NCBI GenBank assembly: GCA_035193785.1
Contig: CP136572.1
Coordinates: 1,536,001-1,600,000 of the forward strand
Reading direction: 5' to 3'
Length of the DNA stretch: 64,000 nucleotides
Source of the DNA: Planktothrix sp. GU0601_MAG3
GTDB taxonomy: Bacteria; Cyanobacteriota; Cyanobacteriia; Cyanobacteriales; Microcoleaceae
Below the pieces are notes generated by a model. That model ran no database searches. It was not told the origin of the DNA and saw only the letters and a list, made by a program, of their open reading frames with translations. Of the stretch, positions 21,798 to 32,960 are shown one piece after another. Positions within the stretch are counted from its first letter, which is position 1; each line of letters begins with the position of its first letter. A program made the translations under genes and the position numbers.

Positions 21798-23058
21798 GTG
21801 AGCCCAGAAACCTTGGTCAAAAAAGAGCCTGTTACCAGCGATTTTAGTATTGATGACTTTAATTCCGATGTTATGAATACCTACGCCCGTTTTCCCATTG
21901 CCTTAGAGCGGGGAGAAGGGTGTCGGGTTTGGGATACCAACGGTAAAGAATACCTAGATTTTGTGGCGGGAATTGCCACTTGTACCCTAGGACACGCCCA
22001 TCCGGTATTAATAGAAGCGGTCACCAAACAAATTAAAACTTTGCACCATGTTTCTAATTTATATTATGTTCCCGTGCAAGGAGAATTAGCCAAATGGTTA
22101 ACCGACCATTCCTGTGCAGATAAGGCATTTTTCTGTAATTCGGGAGCGGAAGCAAACGAAGGCGCGATTAAATTAGCTCGGAAATATGCCCACGACAAAT
22201 TAAATATTGAAGACCCAGTTATTATTACTGCCCATGCTAGTTTTCATGGTCGAACTTTAGCTACAATTACGGCGACTGGACAACCTAAATATCAAAAAGG
22301 TTTTAGTCCGTTAGTGCCAGGTTTTGTTTATGTTCCTTATAATGATATTGAGGCTTTAGAAGCCACTATTTCTGAAGTCGATAAAGACGGGCGACGGGTA
22401 GCCGCTATTATGTTAGAAGCGCTACAAGGAGAAGGGGGTGTGCGTCCTGGGGATATTCAATATTTCCAACGTATTCGGCAAATTTGCGATGAAAAAGGCA
22501 TTCTTTTAATCTTAGATGAAGTTCAAGTTGGCGTGGGTCGCAGTGGTAAATTATGGGGTTATGAAAACTTAGGAATTGAGCCGGATATTTTCACCTCGGC
22601 GAAGGGTTTGGGCGGTGGTATTCCCATCGGGGCGATGATGTGTAAAGGGTTTTGTGATGTTTTTGAACCCGGAAGTCATGCGTCTACCTTTGGCGGAAAT
22701 CCCTTTGTTTGTGCGGTGGCGTTGGCAGTTTGTCAAACCTTAGAAAGAGAAAATATTCTGGAAAATGTCAAAAAACGGGGAGAACAACTTCGTGGCAAGT
22801 TAACAGAAATAGCTCAAAAATATCCTGATTTAATTGCGGAAGTCCGGGGCTGGGGTTTAATTAATGGTTTAGAATTAAAAGAGGATGTGGAATTAACCTC
22901 TGCCCAGGTGGTGAAAGTGGTAATGGAAGCGGGGTTATTATTAGTTTCCGGCTGGCCCGAAAGTGTTGCGTTTTGTCCCGCCTTTAATTGTGACCGAGGA
23001 AGAAGTTAATCAGGCGTTACAAGCGGTTGAAAATGCCTTAAAACAGTTAACAGCTTAG
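21798..23058 (+). CDS. argD: Acetylornithine aminotransferase (apparent +1 frameshift at 22944-22948)
   Basis: FFCNSGAEANE, FHGRT, DEVQVG, AKGLGGG, STFGGNP; repaired end LVPAGPKVLRFVPPL, stop at 23058. Confidence 0.93.
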
Positions 23059-23067
23059 TTAAACTCA

Positions 23068-23110
23068 ATTCCCTATTCTTCTTTCTGGAATTGGAAAAGA
23101 GTAGGGAATA
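23068..23110. terminator. Hairpin between convergent argD and the peptidase remnant
   Basis: ATTCCCTATTCTT...AAGAGTAGGGAAT inverted repeat. Confidence 0.45.
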
Positions 23111-23155
23111 TTTTAGAGTTGATGCTGAGTTAGTTAAGCAGATTATTTATTCTGT

Positions 23156-23596
23156 TTAAGGCTTATCTATATAAGCCAGTAATTCATCAACTTTAACAAG
23201 GTATTTCCGATGATTTTTGTAAGGAATCTTACCTTCATATTGAAGACGACCGATAATAATACCCGGATGTCGCCCTTGACTCCCAGCAAATTTCTCAATC
23301 GCTTTAGTTGAGAAGCGAGAGCAGTGAGTAGCAACAAATTCAGCCAAGGCATTACTATCAATCAGCCAATCACAGGAGAGTTGATTTGCTTCTTTTTCTT
23401 GGGGATTATCTTCTAGTTGGCTGAGGTCATCTAAATATATACCTTCATGACCTGCGACAATATGCCCTAATTCGTGCATTAGGGTAAACCAGAAAGAATC
23501 AATCCGGTTATATCTCAGGGTTAAGGCAATCATAGGGTGATTATTAATGGTAAAGGTTGCCCCGTCTAGGTATGTTTTAGACAGATGGGGAACAAT
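23156..23596 (-). pseudogene. C-terminal remnant of a HigA-type/ImmA-IrrE (M78) metallopeptidase, interrupted by the IS
   Basis: VPHLSKTYLDGA, LTLRYNRIDSFWFTLMHELGH, E.EAN; N-terminal HTH missing. Confidence 0.75.
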
Positions 23597-24969
23597 TAGG
23601 AATGAAAAAGTAATAACTTGATGAGTTTTAGATATAATGAAGTATAGCCACTGATGGCAGATTTTACAAAAATCGAGAGAACCTGGCAATAGATTTTTCG
23701 ATTGAATTACACAGCTTGACCCGAAAACCCATGTTTTATTCTAGTTTAATTCAAGAAGAAATGAAGAAGTTTTATAACTCTTTATCAGAAAAAGATAAAA
23801 GAAGATATGCAGCAATAGAGGCTCAAAAATTGGGATGGGGAGGAATTAGTTATATCATCAAACTTTTGGGTTGTACTCGAAACACAATTGTCCGAGGAAT
23901 AAAAGAGTTAAAAGAACTGGATGAAACCGACCATTAATGATGCAAGAATTAGAAAAAAAGGCGGAGGAAGAAAAAGTATTTTTTCGACCCAAATTGGCAT
24001 AGATGAAGCCTTTTTGGAAGTGTTAAAGTCCCGGACAGCCGGAGACCCTATGAACGAGTCAATTAAATGGACTAATTTAACCCATAAAGAAATTGCTTTG
24101 GGACTGAAAGAAGCCGGATTTAATATCAGTCCTCCTACAGTAAAGAAGCTCTTGAAAAAGCATGGATATGTCAAGCTAAAAGCACAAAAAAAGCAAACGA
24201 TAGGAATTAATAAGGATCGAAATGCTCAATTTGAAAATATTGCTAGACTCGATAACCTGTATGGACAAGCCGGTAATCCTATTATTAGTTTTGATACTAA
24301 AAAGAAAGAAGTTCTAGGAAATTTATATCGTCCAGGTACTCTGTATACAACCGAGCCTGTTACTACTTTAGATCATGATTTTTGGAGCTTAGGTCATGGA
24401 AAAGTTATTCCCCATGGCATTTACGATACTCAAAAAAACCGAGGGTATGTAACATTAGGCAATAGTAAAGATACCAGTGAATTTGCTTGTGAAGCTCTTA
24501 AACATTGGTGGAATTATTATGGAAAAGCCCTCTATCCTGATGCTAATTCAATTTTGGCTAAGTGTGATGGGGGTGGCAGTAATAATGCTAATCATTATAT
24601 TTTTAAACAAGATTTACAAAAGTTAGTAGATGAAATTGGAATTGAGATCAGAATTGCTCATTATCCTCCCTATACATCTAAATATAATCCCATTGAACAT
24701 CGACTTTTTCCTCATCTAACTAGAGCTTGTCAAGGAGTAATTTTTACCAGTCTCGCTTTGGTCAAAACTCTCATGGAAAAAACTCGCACTAATACAGGGC
24801 TATCTGTCGTTGTTAATGTCGTTGATCAAGTCTATGAAACTGGTCGAAAGGTAACTGATAATTTCAAAAAAACTCTGAAAATTGTTTTTGATAAATATTT
24901 ACCCAAATGGAAACTATCGAGCCGTACCTCAACTCACTCATTAATCCATTTATTGATTTTTCATTCCTA
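23597..24969 (+). mobile_element. ISAzo13-family insertion sequence
   Basis: Terminal IRs TAGGAATGAAAAAGTAATAA / TTATTGATTTTTCATTCCTA; AAT direct repeat at 23594-23596 and 24970-24972. Confidence 0.88.
23731..24944 (+). CDS. ISAzo13 transposase (apparent +1 insertions at 23923 and 24910)
   Basis: LSEKDKRRYAA, TAGDP, ISFDTKKKE, DHDF, CDGGGSN, HYPPYTSKYNPIEHRLF; repaired C-terminal WNY motif. Confidence 0.88.
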
Positions 24970-25292
24970 AATTGAAATTCCATGAACTCCCCAAGCCTAT
25001 TTTTATTTCTAATATTTTATAGTAAACAATTCGGCTTTGGGGTGAATCACTTAATCTATTATAATTTTTTTTATGATTAGGTGCAATCACCTTGATCGAA
25101 AATAGCAGACAAGGGAAGTAATTACACTATATATAGCGGTATTGATCAGGTATTTTAACGGATTAAAGGATTGAGTTACGCTAAATAAAGATTATTAAGT
25201 TTTGTCAAGAAGATGGGTTGAGGCTCAGGGGTCAGATATTTATCATCATCTCAAATGTTGAGTTATCATAAACTGATGGAGGTAAACTTACT

Positions 25293-25940
25293 ATGACTAC
25301 AGCGACTTTAACAATACCTGAACAACGCACGGTTTTAAATCAAGTCAGTTGGCAAACATTTATTAATTTATTAGACGATTTAGGGGATAATCGTGTCGCT
25401 CGTTTATATTATGATCAGGGAGTGTTAGAAATTATGACTCCATTGGGAGAACACGAGAATAACAATCGGTTTATTGAGTGTTTAATTGGTGTGATTGCAG
25501 ATGAATTAAACTTAAATCTTAAAAGATTTGGGTCTTTGACGTTAAAACGAGAAGAATTATTAAAAGGTGCAGAACCGGATTCTTGTTATTATTTGAATAA
25601 CGAACCCTTAGTTAGACATAAACAAAATATTGATTTAGCATCAGACCCGCCCCCTGATTTAGTATTAGAAATTGATATAACTAGCAGTTCTTTAGATAAA
25701 CAAGCAATTTATGCTGCTTTTGAAATTCCTGAACTATGGCGTTATAATGGTCAGAAATTAGAGGTTTTTGTTTTAGATAAAACAACTCAATCCTATCAAA
25801 AATCAACTCAAAGTTTACATTTTCCCTGGCTCCCTTTAGAAATTATTCCCCAATATATTCGTCAAAGTTTAAGGGATGGCGAAACTGCAACATTAAAAGC
25901 TTTTAGACTTTGGATTAGAGAACAATATCATGGCGAGTAA
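25293..25940 (+). CDS. Uma2-family (PDDEXK-like) endonuclease
   Basis: VSWQTF, LEIMTP, AEPDSCYY, PPDLVLEID, PELWRY. Confidence 0.9.
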   Translation: MTTATLTIPEQRTVLNQVSWQTFINLLDDLGDNRVARLYYDQGVLEIMTPLGEHENNNRFIECLIGVIADELNLNLKRFGSLTLKREELLKGAEPDSCYYLNNEPLVRHKQNIDLASDPPPDLVLEIDITSSSLDKQAIYAAFEIPELWRYNGQKLEVFVLDKTTQSYQKSTQSLHFPWLPLEIIPQYIRQSLRDGETATLKAFRLWIREQYHGE

Positions 25941-25951
25941 TTATCAAAACC

Positions 25952-26452
25952 CTATTGTTGTTTATCCGTAATTGAAATCACATAGGGGTGATAGGCATTG
26001 GGTTTATAAGACCCCACCCAAATTTCATATTTCCCCGATAACCATTGACCCTCAATGCTAGGATTCATGTCTTTAGCATCATCACTACACCAACTTCCCC
26101 CCGGCCCTCGAATTACTAAAACCGTATCTTCACTACTTTGGACTTGGAGTTTCAAATAATCAAAAAAACTGGTTAAAATTATCGTATGATCCGGTTGTTG
26201 ATCTACATAACCCTGACAAGTTCCGGTTTGGGTTTCTTGGCGTCCAGTGATATCCTTGGCCAAAGTTGGCCCTCCACTTAATCCGCGAATCAGCAGGGGG
26301 TTAGGGCTGAATTGGGGACTGAGGGTAATATTTTCAAACATGGGGGTGGATGCGCCGTTAAACGGTTGAGCTTCCACTGAACGAGGCAGTAATAACCCAA
26401 CCGTCACCATCACAACGCCCAATGCTAAGTTTTTGAGAGTGGCATTAGTCAT
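25952..26452 (-). CDS. Secreted hypothetical protein (PPC-like)
   Basis: Signal peptide; DTVLVIRGPGG.WCSDD, G.YEIWVGSY. Confidence 0.7.
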   Translation of the reverse strand: MTNATLKNLALGVVMVTVGLLLPRSVEAQPFNGASTPMFENITLSPQFSPNPLLIRGLSGGPTLAKDITGRQETQTGTCQGYVDQQPDHTIILTSFFDYLKLQVQSSEDTVLVIRGPGGSWCSDDAKDMNPSIEGQWLSGKYEIWVGSYKPNAYHPYVISITDKQQ

Positions 26453-26469
26453 TGTTAGAACTGTTTTGT

Positions 26470-27603
26470 TTATGATTTTTTACCCAGGATTTCTTCTTTG
26501 AGGGTATTAAAATCTGCACTGAGTTCTTTGCGGTTATCTGCCTTGAGGAGATAACGATAAATAAACCAAGCTGAGTATCCTAAACCAACGGTTTCAAAGG
26601 TAGGTTTGATTAGAGGAATCTCATTAATAATTTCTACTAATCCTACTAAAATTTTGAAGGTAATTAAGAAGGCAACGATTAAACCGACCGTGGTTAAAGG
26701 ACGTTTGTAATCTCTAAAGAAACTGCCTAAATTTTCCGGTAGTTCAGATAAAAATGCGAGAATTTCTTCTTTCATTGGTTGTACAGATTGGTTAACAGAA
26801 TCATAGGAGAATGTCGTGGGAGAATCAACCACCACTTCAACTTTACTGGCACTGATCGGTTCAGCATTGAATAAAATTTCCGTTGCTGAAGTATTCACCC
26901 ATTTTGGTTGATCTTCAACCAAGGGTTCGGGGGTGGGTTCCTGGGCGATCGCTTCCGGTTCTTCCTCCACCATAGGAGGTTCCTCTGCTACCGTTTGTTC
27001 CACTAGGATAATGGGTTCGGATACCGTCGGTTCGGGTATCGGTTCTTCCTCCACTATAGGCGCTTCCTCTGCTATAGGTGTTTCCACCACCGCAACGGGT
27101 TCAGGGGCGAGTTCCTCTACGGGCGTTTCCACCACCGCAACGGGTTCGGGGGCGAGTTCCTCTACGGGCGTTTCCACCACCGCAACGGGTTCGGGGGCGG
27201 GTTCCTCTGCTACGGGCGTTTCCACCACCGCAACGGGTTCAGGGGCGGGTTCCTCTACGGGTGTTTCCACCACCGCAACGGGTTCAGGGGCGAGTTCCTC
27301 TACGGGCGTTTCCACCACCGCAACGGGTTCAGGGGCGAGTTCCTCTACGGGCGTTTCCACCACCGCAACGGGTTCAGGGGCGAGTTCCTCTGCTACGGGC
27401 GTTTCCACCACCGCAACAGGTTCAGGGGCGGGTTCCTCTACCACTATAGGGGGTTCTGAAGATGAGGATAGGGGGGAATCAACTCCCGTTTCTGCCTCGG
27501 ATGCTTGGGTAGGTGTAGGATCAACTGTCGGCTGAGATTTTTTAGACTGGGAAGCATTGCCTTTTGCATCGGATGATTTGCGAGATCTGGGAGAATTTGC
27601 CAT
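26470..27603 (-). CDS. CAAD/CURT1-domain (CurT-like) protein with long Pro/Glu-rich repeat region
   Basis: C-terminal INEIPLIKPTFETVGLGYSAWFIYRYLLKADNRKEL; 8 copies of EE(L/P)APEPVAVVETP(V/I). Confidence 0.85.
   Translation of the reverse strand: MANSPRSRKSSDAKGNASQSKKSQPTVDPTPTQASEAETGVDSPLSSSSEPPIVVEEPAPEPVAVVETPVAEELAPEPVAVVETPVEELAPEPVAVVETPVEELAPEPVAVVETPVEEPAPEPVAVVETPVAEEPAPEPVAVVETPVEELAPEPVAVVETPVEELAPEPVAVVETPIAEEAPIVEEEPIPEPTVSEPIILVEQTVAEEPPMVEEEPEAIAQEPTPEPLVEDQPKWVNTSATEILFNAEPISASKVEVVVDSPTTFSYDSVNQSVQPMKEEILAFLSELPENLGSFFRDYKRPLTTVGLIVAFLITFKILVGLVEIINEIPLIKPTFETVGLGYSAWFIYRYLLKADNRKELSADFNTLKEEILGKKS
27066..27440. repeat. Coding tandem repeat, 8 x 45/48 bp
   Basis: Repeated TTTCCACCACCGCAACGGGTTCAGGGGCG units. 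Confidence 0.9.
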
Positions 27604-27623
27604 AATATCTGCCTCGTTAAATA

Positions 27624-29072
27624 TTAACCCGGTAAAACAGTTTGAAAACGAATTAAATCAATCCCTTTTTGATGGAACAATAACCAAGATTCGATTAAAT
27701 CTGGGCCGTGCATGGTTCCCATCAAAGCTGCTCTGAGCGATCGCATTACTAACCCTTTTTTGACGTTTGTTTCCTTCATCGCACTATTAATGATGGCTTT
27801 AGCAGCATCCGATGTTAAGGGTTGATCTCGTTGTTGGGTTATTTTATCCTGAATTGCCTGCACAATGGCGATCGCATTTTCCTGTTCTAATTGAGTTTTT
27901 GCTTCTTCGTCTAACTCAACGCTTTCGGTGAAAAATAATCGGCTCATTTCCACCGCATCCTTAAGAGTAGTTAAACTAGGCCCAATTAATGCCGTAAGCT
28001 GTTCTAACCAAGATTGATCAATATTGGAGTCAAATTGATAACCCGATCCTTGCCAATAGGGAATTAATAACTGAGTTAATTCTGGGATGGGCATTTTATG
28101 AAGATATTGGCTATTAATCCAATTTAATTTATCCCAATCAAATTTTGCCCCAGCCTTATTTACCCGATCAAAACTAAAGTTTTTGGCTGCGGTTTCTAAG
28201 GTAAATAATTCTTCCGTCGCATCGGGGGGAGTCCAACCCAATAGGGTCATATAATTGGCTAAAGCTTCTGGAATATATCCCATATTTCTAAAATCAGAAA
28301 TTGAGGTCACACCATCCCGTTTGGATAATTTGCGACCCTCAGCATTCAAAATTAAAGGAGTGTGACCGAATTGGGGAATAGCGGCATTTAAAGCTTCATA
28401 TAACAGAATTTGTTTAGGAGTATTAGAAATATGATCTTCCCCTCGAATAACATGGGTAATATTCATATCAATATCATCAACAACCACCACAAAATTATAT
28501 AGAGGTTGCCCAATTTCGCCGCTACTAGAAGCCCGGGCAATCACCATATCACCGCCTAAATCACTGCCCTTCCAAGTGACTTTTCCCCGGACTAAATCAT
28601 TCCAACTAATTTCTCGATCATCGTCTATTCTGAAGCGAATCACCGCTTGGCGACCTTCGGCTTCAAAGGCGGCTTGCTGTTCGGGGGTAAGGTGACGATG
28701 GCGGTTATCATAGCGGGGGGCTTCATTTCTCGCCTTCTGCCCTTCTCGCATGGCGTCTAGTTCTTCTGGGGTACAATAGCAACGATAGACCAAGCCTTTC
28801 TCCAGTAGGGTTTGGATAGCTTGACGATATAATTCTAAACGCTCGGATTGATAGAATGGCCCTTCATCCCAGGTTAGACCTAACCAGGTTAACCCGGTGA
28901 GGATATTTTCCGTATATTCGGGGCGAGAGCGTTCTAAGTCGGTATCTTCAACCCGCAGAACAAAAGTCCCCCCTTGGTTGCGGGCAAATAACCAGTTAAA
29001 AACGGCAGTTCTAGCAGTTCCTATATGTAAATTTCCGGTGGGACTTGGAGCAAGACGAACTCTAACAGTCAT
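27624..29072 (-). CDS. gltX: Glutamate--tRNA ligase
   Basis: [27 protein letters not shown]; start taken at MTVRVR. Confidence 0.97.
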   Translation of the reverse strand: MTVRVRLAPSPTGNLHIGTARTAVFNWLFARNQGGTFVLRVEDTDLERSRPEYTENILTGLTWLGLTWDEGPFYQSERLELYRQAIQTLLEKGLVYRCYCTPEELDAMREGQKARNEAPRYDNRHRHLTPEQQAAFEAEGRQAVIRFRIDDDREISWNDLVRGKVTWKGSDLGGDMVIARASSSGEIGQPLYNFVVVVDDIDMNITHVIRGEDHISNTPKQILLYEALNAAIPQFGHTPLILNAEGRKLSKRDGVTSISDFRNMGYIPEALANYMTLLGWTPPDATEELFTLETAAKNFSFDRVNKAGAKFDWDKLNWINSQYLHKMPIPELTQLLIPYWQGSGYQFDSNIDQSWLEQLTALIGPSLTTLKDAVEMSRLFFTESVELDEEAKTQLEQENAIAIVQAIQDKITQQRDQPLTSDAAKAIINSAMKETNVKKGLVMRSLRAALMGTMHGPDLIESWLLFHQKGIDLIRFQTVLPG

Positions 29073-29182
29073 ATTGATATCAATTCTTAATTTAACATAG
29101 TCGTAAAAACGCACTGATAAGGCTATCCTACCATTATTAAGTTCCCTCTCGGCAGGAATTTTTCTCTAAAGCAGGTTAATAG

Positions 29183-29942
29183 TCAAGGTTTTTCAAATAC
29201 TAAAAAATGTTGTTGGGGTAAAAAATCTTGGGTTTCTTTCCAGTTTAAACCCACGGCTGCCATTTCTTTTTTTACTTGTTTTTCCGACATTTTATGGAGT
29301 CCTTTAATTAAAATTAACGGGTTTTCCCGACGATATTCTAATAATACCACCCGTCCCCCTGGTTTTAAGGCTTTAACAATTCCTTGCATCATTTCTTGGG
29401 GATATTGAAATTCATGGTAAGCATCAACCATTAGGGCTAAATCCACGGTAGATTCTGGTAAATTCGGGTGATCTTCCGTTCCCAAAATCGGTTCAATATT
29501 TTGAATATTTTCCTGGGTTTTAACAAAATTTATGAGATCCAACATTTCCGGTTGTACATCCACAGCCAAGACTTTTCCCTGGGGAACTAAAGGACTAATT
29601 CTAAAGCTAAAATATCCCGTTCCCGCCCCAATATCGGCGACAATATCGGTGGGTTTTAAATTTAAGGCGGCGATTGCCTGTTGCGGTTGTTCGGAGGTTT
29701 CCCGACCAGAACGTTTCTAACCATCCGGCCCCCTGATGACCCATCACTTGAGCAATTTCCCTCCCGAGATAAAATTTTCCGATGCCATCGGGACTGTGAA
29801 GGGTGCGGTATTCATAGACAGAATCAACCCCAGGGGAGGTTAAGGTTAAGGCGATGGTGGGGTCGGAGTTGACACATCCGAGCAAAATCAAGGCAATGCT
29901 ATAAAGAATGGGGGATAAATACCGATATAAAGATTTGATCAT
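29183..29942 (-). CDS. Class I SAM methyltransferase (apparent +1 frameshift at 29713-29717)
   Basis: GREIAQVMGHQGAGWLER after repair, ADIGAGTGYF, LMVDAYHEF. Confidence 0.85.
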
Positions 29943-30032
29943 GGTTTGGCGAAAAATTACAACTCTTGTTAAACTGGAAAAAACAGTACATAATAAAAAT
30001 AGGGTGCAATTATTTCATAGGAGAATTATACT

Positions 30033-30359
30033 TTGCATCAAGAATATAACAAATTAGTGCGCGATCGCATCCCAGAACTGATTCAAAGATCTGGATTTCA
30101 GTATGATATTATAACCTTATCCGAAACCGAATATCGTCAAGCCTTAAAGGATAAACTACTCGAAGAAGCCCAAGAAGTAGCTCAATCCTCACCTGGGGAA
30201 TTAGTGCAAGAATTAGCGGATTTATTGGAGGTAATAGCGGCATTAATGGAAGCCCATGGAATTGCAGATGAACATATTTTATTAGAACGGGATCATAAAC
30301 GGGCAGAAAAGGGAGGATTTGAACATAAAATCAAATTACTCTGGACTAAATCTACTTAA
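30033..30359 (+). CDS. MazG-like nucleoside triphosphate pyrophosphohydrolase
   Basis: YNKLVRDRIPE, KLLEEAQE, ELADLLEV, KRAEKGGF. Confidence 0.85.
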   Translation: MHQEYNKLVRDRIPELIQRSGFQYDIITLSETEYRQALKDKLLEEAQEVAQSSPGELVQELADLLEVIAALMEAHGIADEHILLERDHKRAEKGGFEHKIKLLWTKST

Positions 30360-30377
30360 TTTTTATGCACATTAATT

Positions 30378-30848
30378 ATGGCTGTTACAAGAATTAAAAT
30401 TGCTAAAGATAAAGCGGAATTAGTGCGATCACTCACGGAAATAGAAAGTAAGACCGGGCCATTTCAGACCTATGCTGATGTGATCGCCTTTGCCGCACTA
30501 TTGGGAAAACGGCGAAAAAAACGGATGACCGTTGATGGACTTTCTAAACGTGATCCAGGGCCAATTTCCCTGGAGGTTTTTATTTCTAGGGGATATGATG
30601 CAATTATCAAATTAGTGGCGATTTCAGAAACCCAAAATACTAAACTTTTATCTCCTTTTGAACTAGAAGCAGAAGAAGAAAGGGCATTGATTTTTGAAGA
30701 ATATGCCAATGGGGGCTTAGAAATATTGCGGGAAGAATGTCGCGGGACGGTTGATTATGCAGATCGATTATTGTTAATATTAATGGCAGAACACGATCGC
30801 CCAACCCAAACCGAAGGCGAATTTGATTTAAGTCGTTTTCTGGGTTAA
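30378..30848 (+). CDS. DNA phosphorothioation-associated protein 4 (dnd_assoc_4-like)
   Basis: RIKIAKDKAELV, GPFQTYADVIAFAA.LG, IFEEYANGGLEIL, EFDLSRFL; family recognised from memory, not searched. Confidence 0.75.
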   Translation: MAVTRIKIAKDKAELVRSLTEIESKTGPFQTYADVIAFAALLGKRRKKRMTVDGLSKRDPGPISLEVFISRGYDAIIKLVAISETQNTKLLSPFELEAEEERALIFEEYANGGLEILREECRGTVDYADRLLLILMAEHDRPTQTEGEFDLSRFLG

Positions 30849-30923
30849 ATCATCTATAGAGTAAAATAACCAAGTGATCTGAATCTTAGATCAATTTCCC
30901 TGGCCTCAACTGATTTTCACAAT

Positions 30924-32603
30924 ATGCAATCCAAACGGCAAAGACAACTGATTACCCACGAAACCATTTTAATTTATGAACGAACCTATCGATTGCCCGT
31001 TCTCAAAAATAACGGTGTAAAAGCAGTTCAGAAAAAAATTAGAGAACATCAGAAATTAATTAAAGAGGGTGTTCGATACCGTTATCAGTTAGGAGGAATA
31101 ATTAAGCGAAAAGAAGAAATTAGCCAGGGAGAAATTTTTAATGAAATTCAATTATTTATTAAGGATTATAGTCATATTATTGATTTATTAGAAAATTATA
31201 GGGATAGTTATTATAGATTTTTGGTAACCCTGGCTGATGACTTAAAAAAGTTATTCAAACAAAAATATTCTGAGATAAAAAATTTAGAAAATGAAAGAAG
31301 AAAATTAGAGCTAAAAAATAATGAAAATCCTAAAATATTGGAGGAACTAAAATGGGAAAAGCAAGAAAACTTTAAGGCGGTTTTATTGTTAAGCAATGCT
31401 TATTTTTTGATGTTGGAAAAAATCAGATTGATTAGTGAAGGAATCCAAAAACTTTCAGAAGACACCAAAAATCAAAAAGAAATTGTTCAGCAAATCGTCA
31501 AAGATTTAGAAGTCTATCAAGAGATTTATGAATATCAAAGCAAAGCCTATAAAGTTCGTCAAAAAATCGCAAAAATTGCCCATAATGCCATTAATTTCGA
31601 TAACTCTTTACAGGATTATTTCAGCCCCTTTCAATCTTTAATTGATGAAATTGTCAAGGTAGATGAATATTTTTATGCCACGGTCGGAGATATTAAAAAT
31701 TTAGGGGATAATATTTTAAAGTATAATACAAATTTAGTAGATCTTGAAGATAATGGGGTGATTTCTGAAACTTTTCTTGATTTTATGGTGACCAGTTATG
31801 AGAAAAAAGCCCGATTAAAAGATGCCTTTATTCAATCTCAATTATTAGACTGGCAAATCCATCATTTTGATGGGAGTGAAAATGGTGTATTTTTAGATCA
31901 AAGTATTGATTTAATCTCTAACTATATCTCCAACCAACTCACCGACCAAAGAAAAGTTTTAGGCATTACGGAAGTAACATTTATTCCTACCGTCCCCCTA
32001 TCTACCGTTGAAAAAACAGGAGCAATGGGACTGAGTAATCATCCTATTATATTAACCCAAGAATTTCGCAGCGATCGCAATATTGATTATACCCAATTGC
32101 GGGATCTCCTTGCCCAACATAGTTGGAAAGAAGCTGATATTGAAACCACTAAATTAATGCTAAAAGTCATGGGTAAGAAATATTGGAATGAAGTTTATCA
32201 GGAAGATATTGATAACTTTTCTGGTCAAGATCTCCAAACAATTGATCAACTTTGGGAACAATATAGTTATGGTTATTTTGGCTTTAGTATTCAGCAAACA
32301 ATTTGGAGTGAAATGGGAGGTCAAATTGATTATGAAACGGAAAAGAGACTCGGCGAGCGCCTGGGGTGGCGAAAAGAAGATAAATGGTTAGACTACGAAG
32401 CACTAACGTTTAAATTGTCCCCGATGACCCCCATGGGGCACTTACCCGCCCAATGGTTACACTATGACCCGAATTTTGAATTATCTGCCCAAGCATCAAC
32501 AGAAAAACTTTCCATGGGAGCTTGGCGGGTGGGGTCTTGGTTAGTTTGGCAGATGCACTTATTTTTTTCCCGTGTAAAAAGTTGTAATGAAAATTTTCTA
32601 TAG
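30924..32603 (+). CDS. Coiled-coil protein with C-terminal GUN4 domain
   Basis: IDYTQLRDLL, WKEADIET, DLQTIDQLWEQYSYGYFGFSIQ, PMGHLP, FFSRVKSC. Confidence 0.85.
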   Translation: MQSKRQRQLITHETILIYERTYRLPVLKNNGVKAVQKKIREHQKLIKEGVRYRYQLGGIIKRKEEISQGEIFNEIQLFIKDYSHIIDLLENYRDSYYRFLVTLADDLKKLFKQKYSEIKNLENERRKLELKNNENPKILEELKWEKQENFKAVLLLSNAYFLMLEKIRLISEGIQKLSEDTKNQKEIVQQIVKDLEVYQEIYEYQSKAYKVRQKIAKIAHNAINFDNSLQDYFSPFQSLIDEIVKVDEYFYATVGDIKNLGDNILKYNTNLVDLEDNGVISETFLDFMVTSYEKKARLKDAFIQSQLLDWQIHHFDGSENGVFLDQSIDLISNYISNQLTDQRKVLGITEVTFIPTVPLSTVEKTGAMGLSNHPIILTQEFRSDRNIDYTQLRDLLAQHSWKEADIETTKLMLKVMGKKYWNEVYQEDIDNFSGQDLQTIDQLWEQYSYGYFGFSIQQTIWSEMGGQIDYETEKRLGERLGWRKEDKWLDYEALTFKLSPMTPMGHLPAQWLHYDPNFELSAQASTEKLSMGAWRVGSWLVWQMHLFFSRVKSCNENFL

Positions 32604-32709
32604 GTTAACTGCAAATTGATTAATCAGGAATTACGCAATTATGCTATATATATAGCGGATAAAAAATCGGGCAATTTTTGTTAATTTGGCTCAAAGAATC
32701 GTTTAAGTT

Positions 32710-32937
32710 TCATACCCACCAAGCCATAACAAATGGATTCCCAGCACGGGGATAAAAGTATGCCGCAATATTAGAAACAGCACCAGTGGTCATGCCAATT
32801 CCCATCACAACCCAAGGTATACTCATTCCCACAAAGAAACCCCGAATCATTCTGATATAACCGGATTGCTGATCGGGTTGTTTTTTGATATAAGGTTGCG
32901 CTCTCAGCCAAAAGTATTGAAATAAGATTTCCATCAA
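32710..32937 (-). pseudogene. Short membrane-protein fragment
   Basis: 75-aa hydrophobic ORF ending abruptly (GNPFVMAWWV). Confidence 0.35.
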
Positions 32938-32960
32938 AAAATTCCCTGAATTTAACTGAG

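Noticed and set aside
26933..27535. Ser/Thr/Gly-rich and PPPQRV ORFs on the + strand
   Set aside because: Antisense shadows of the CAAD protein repeat
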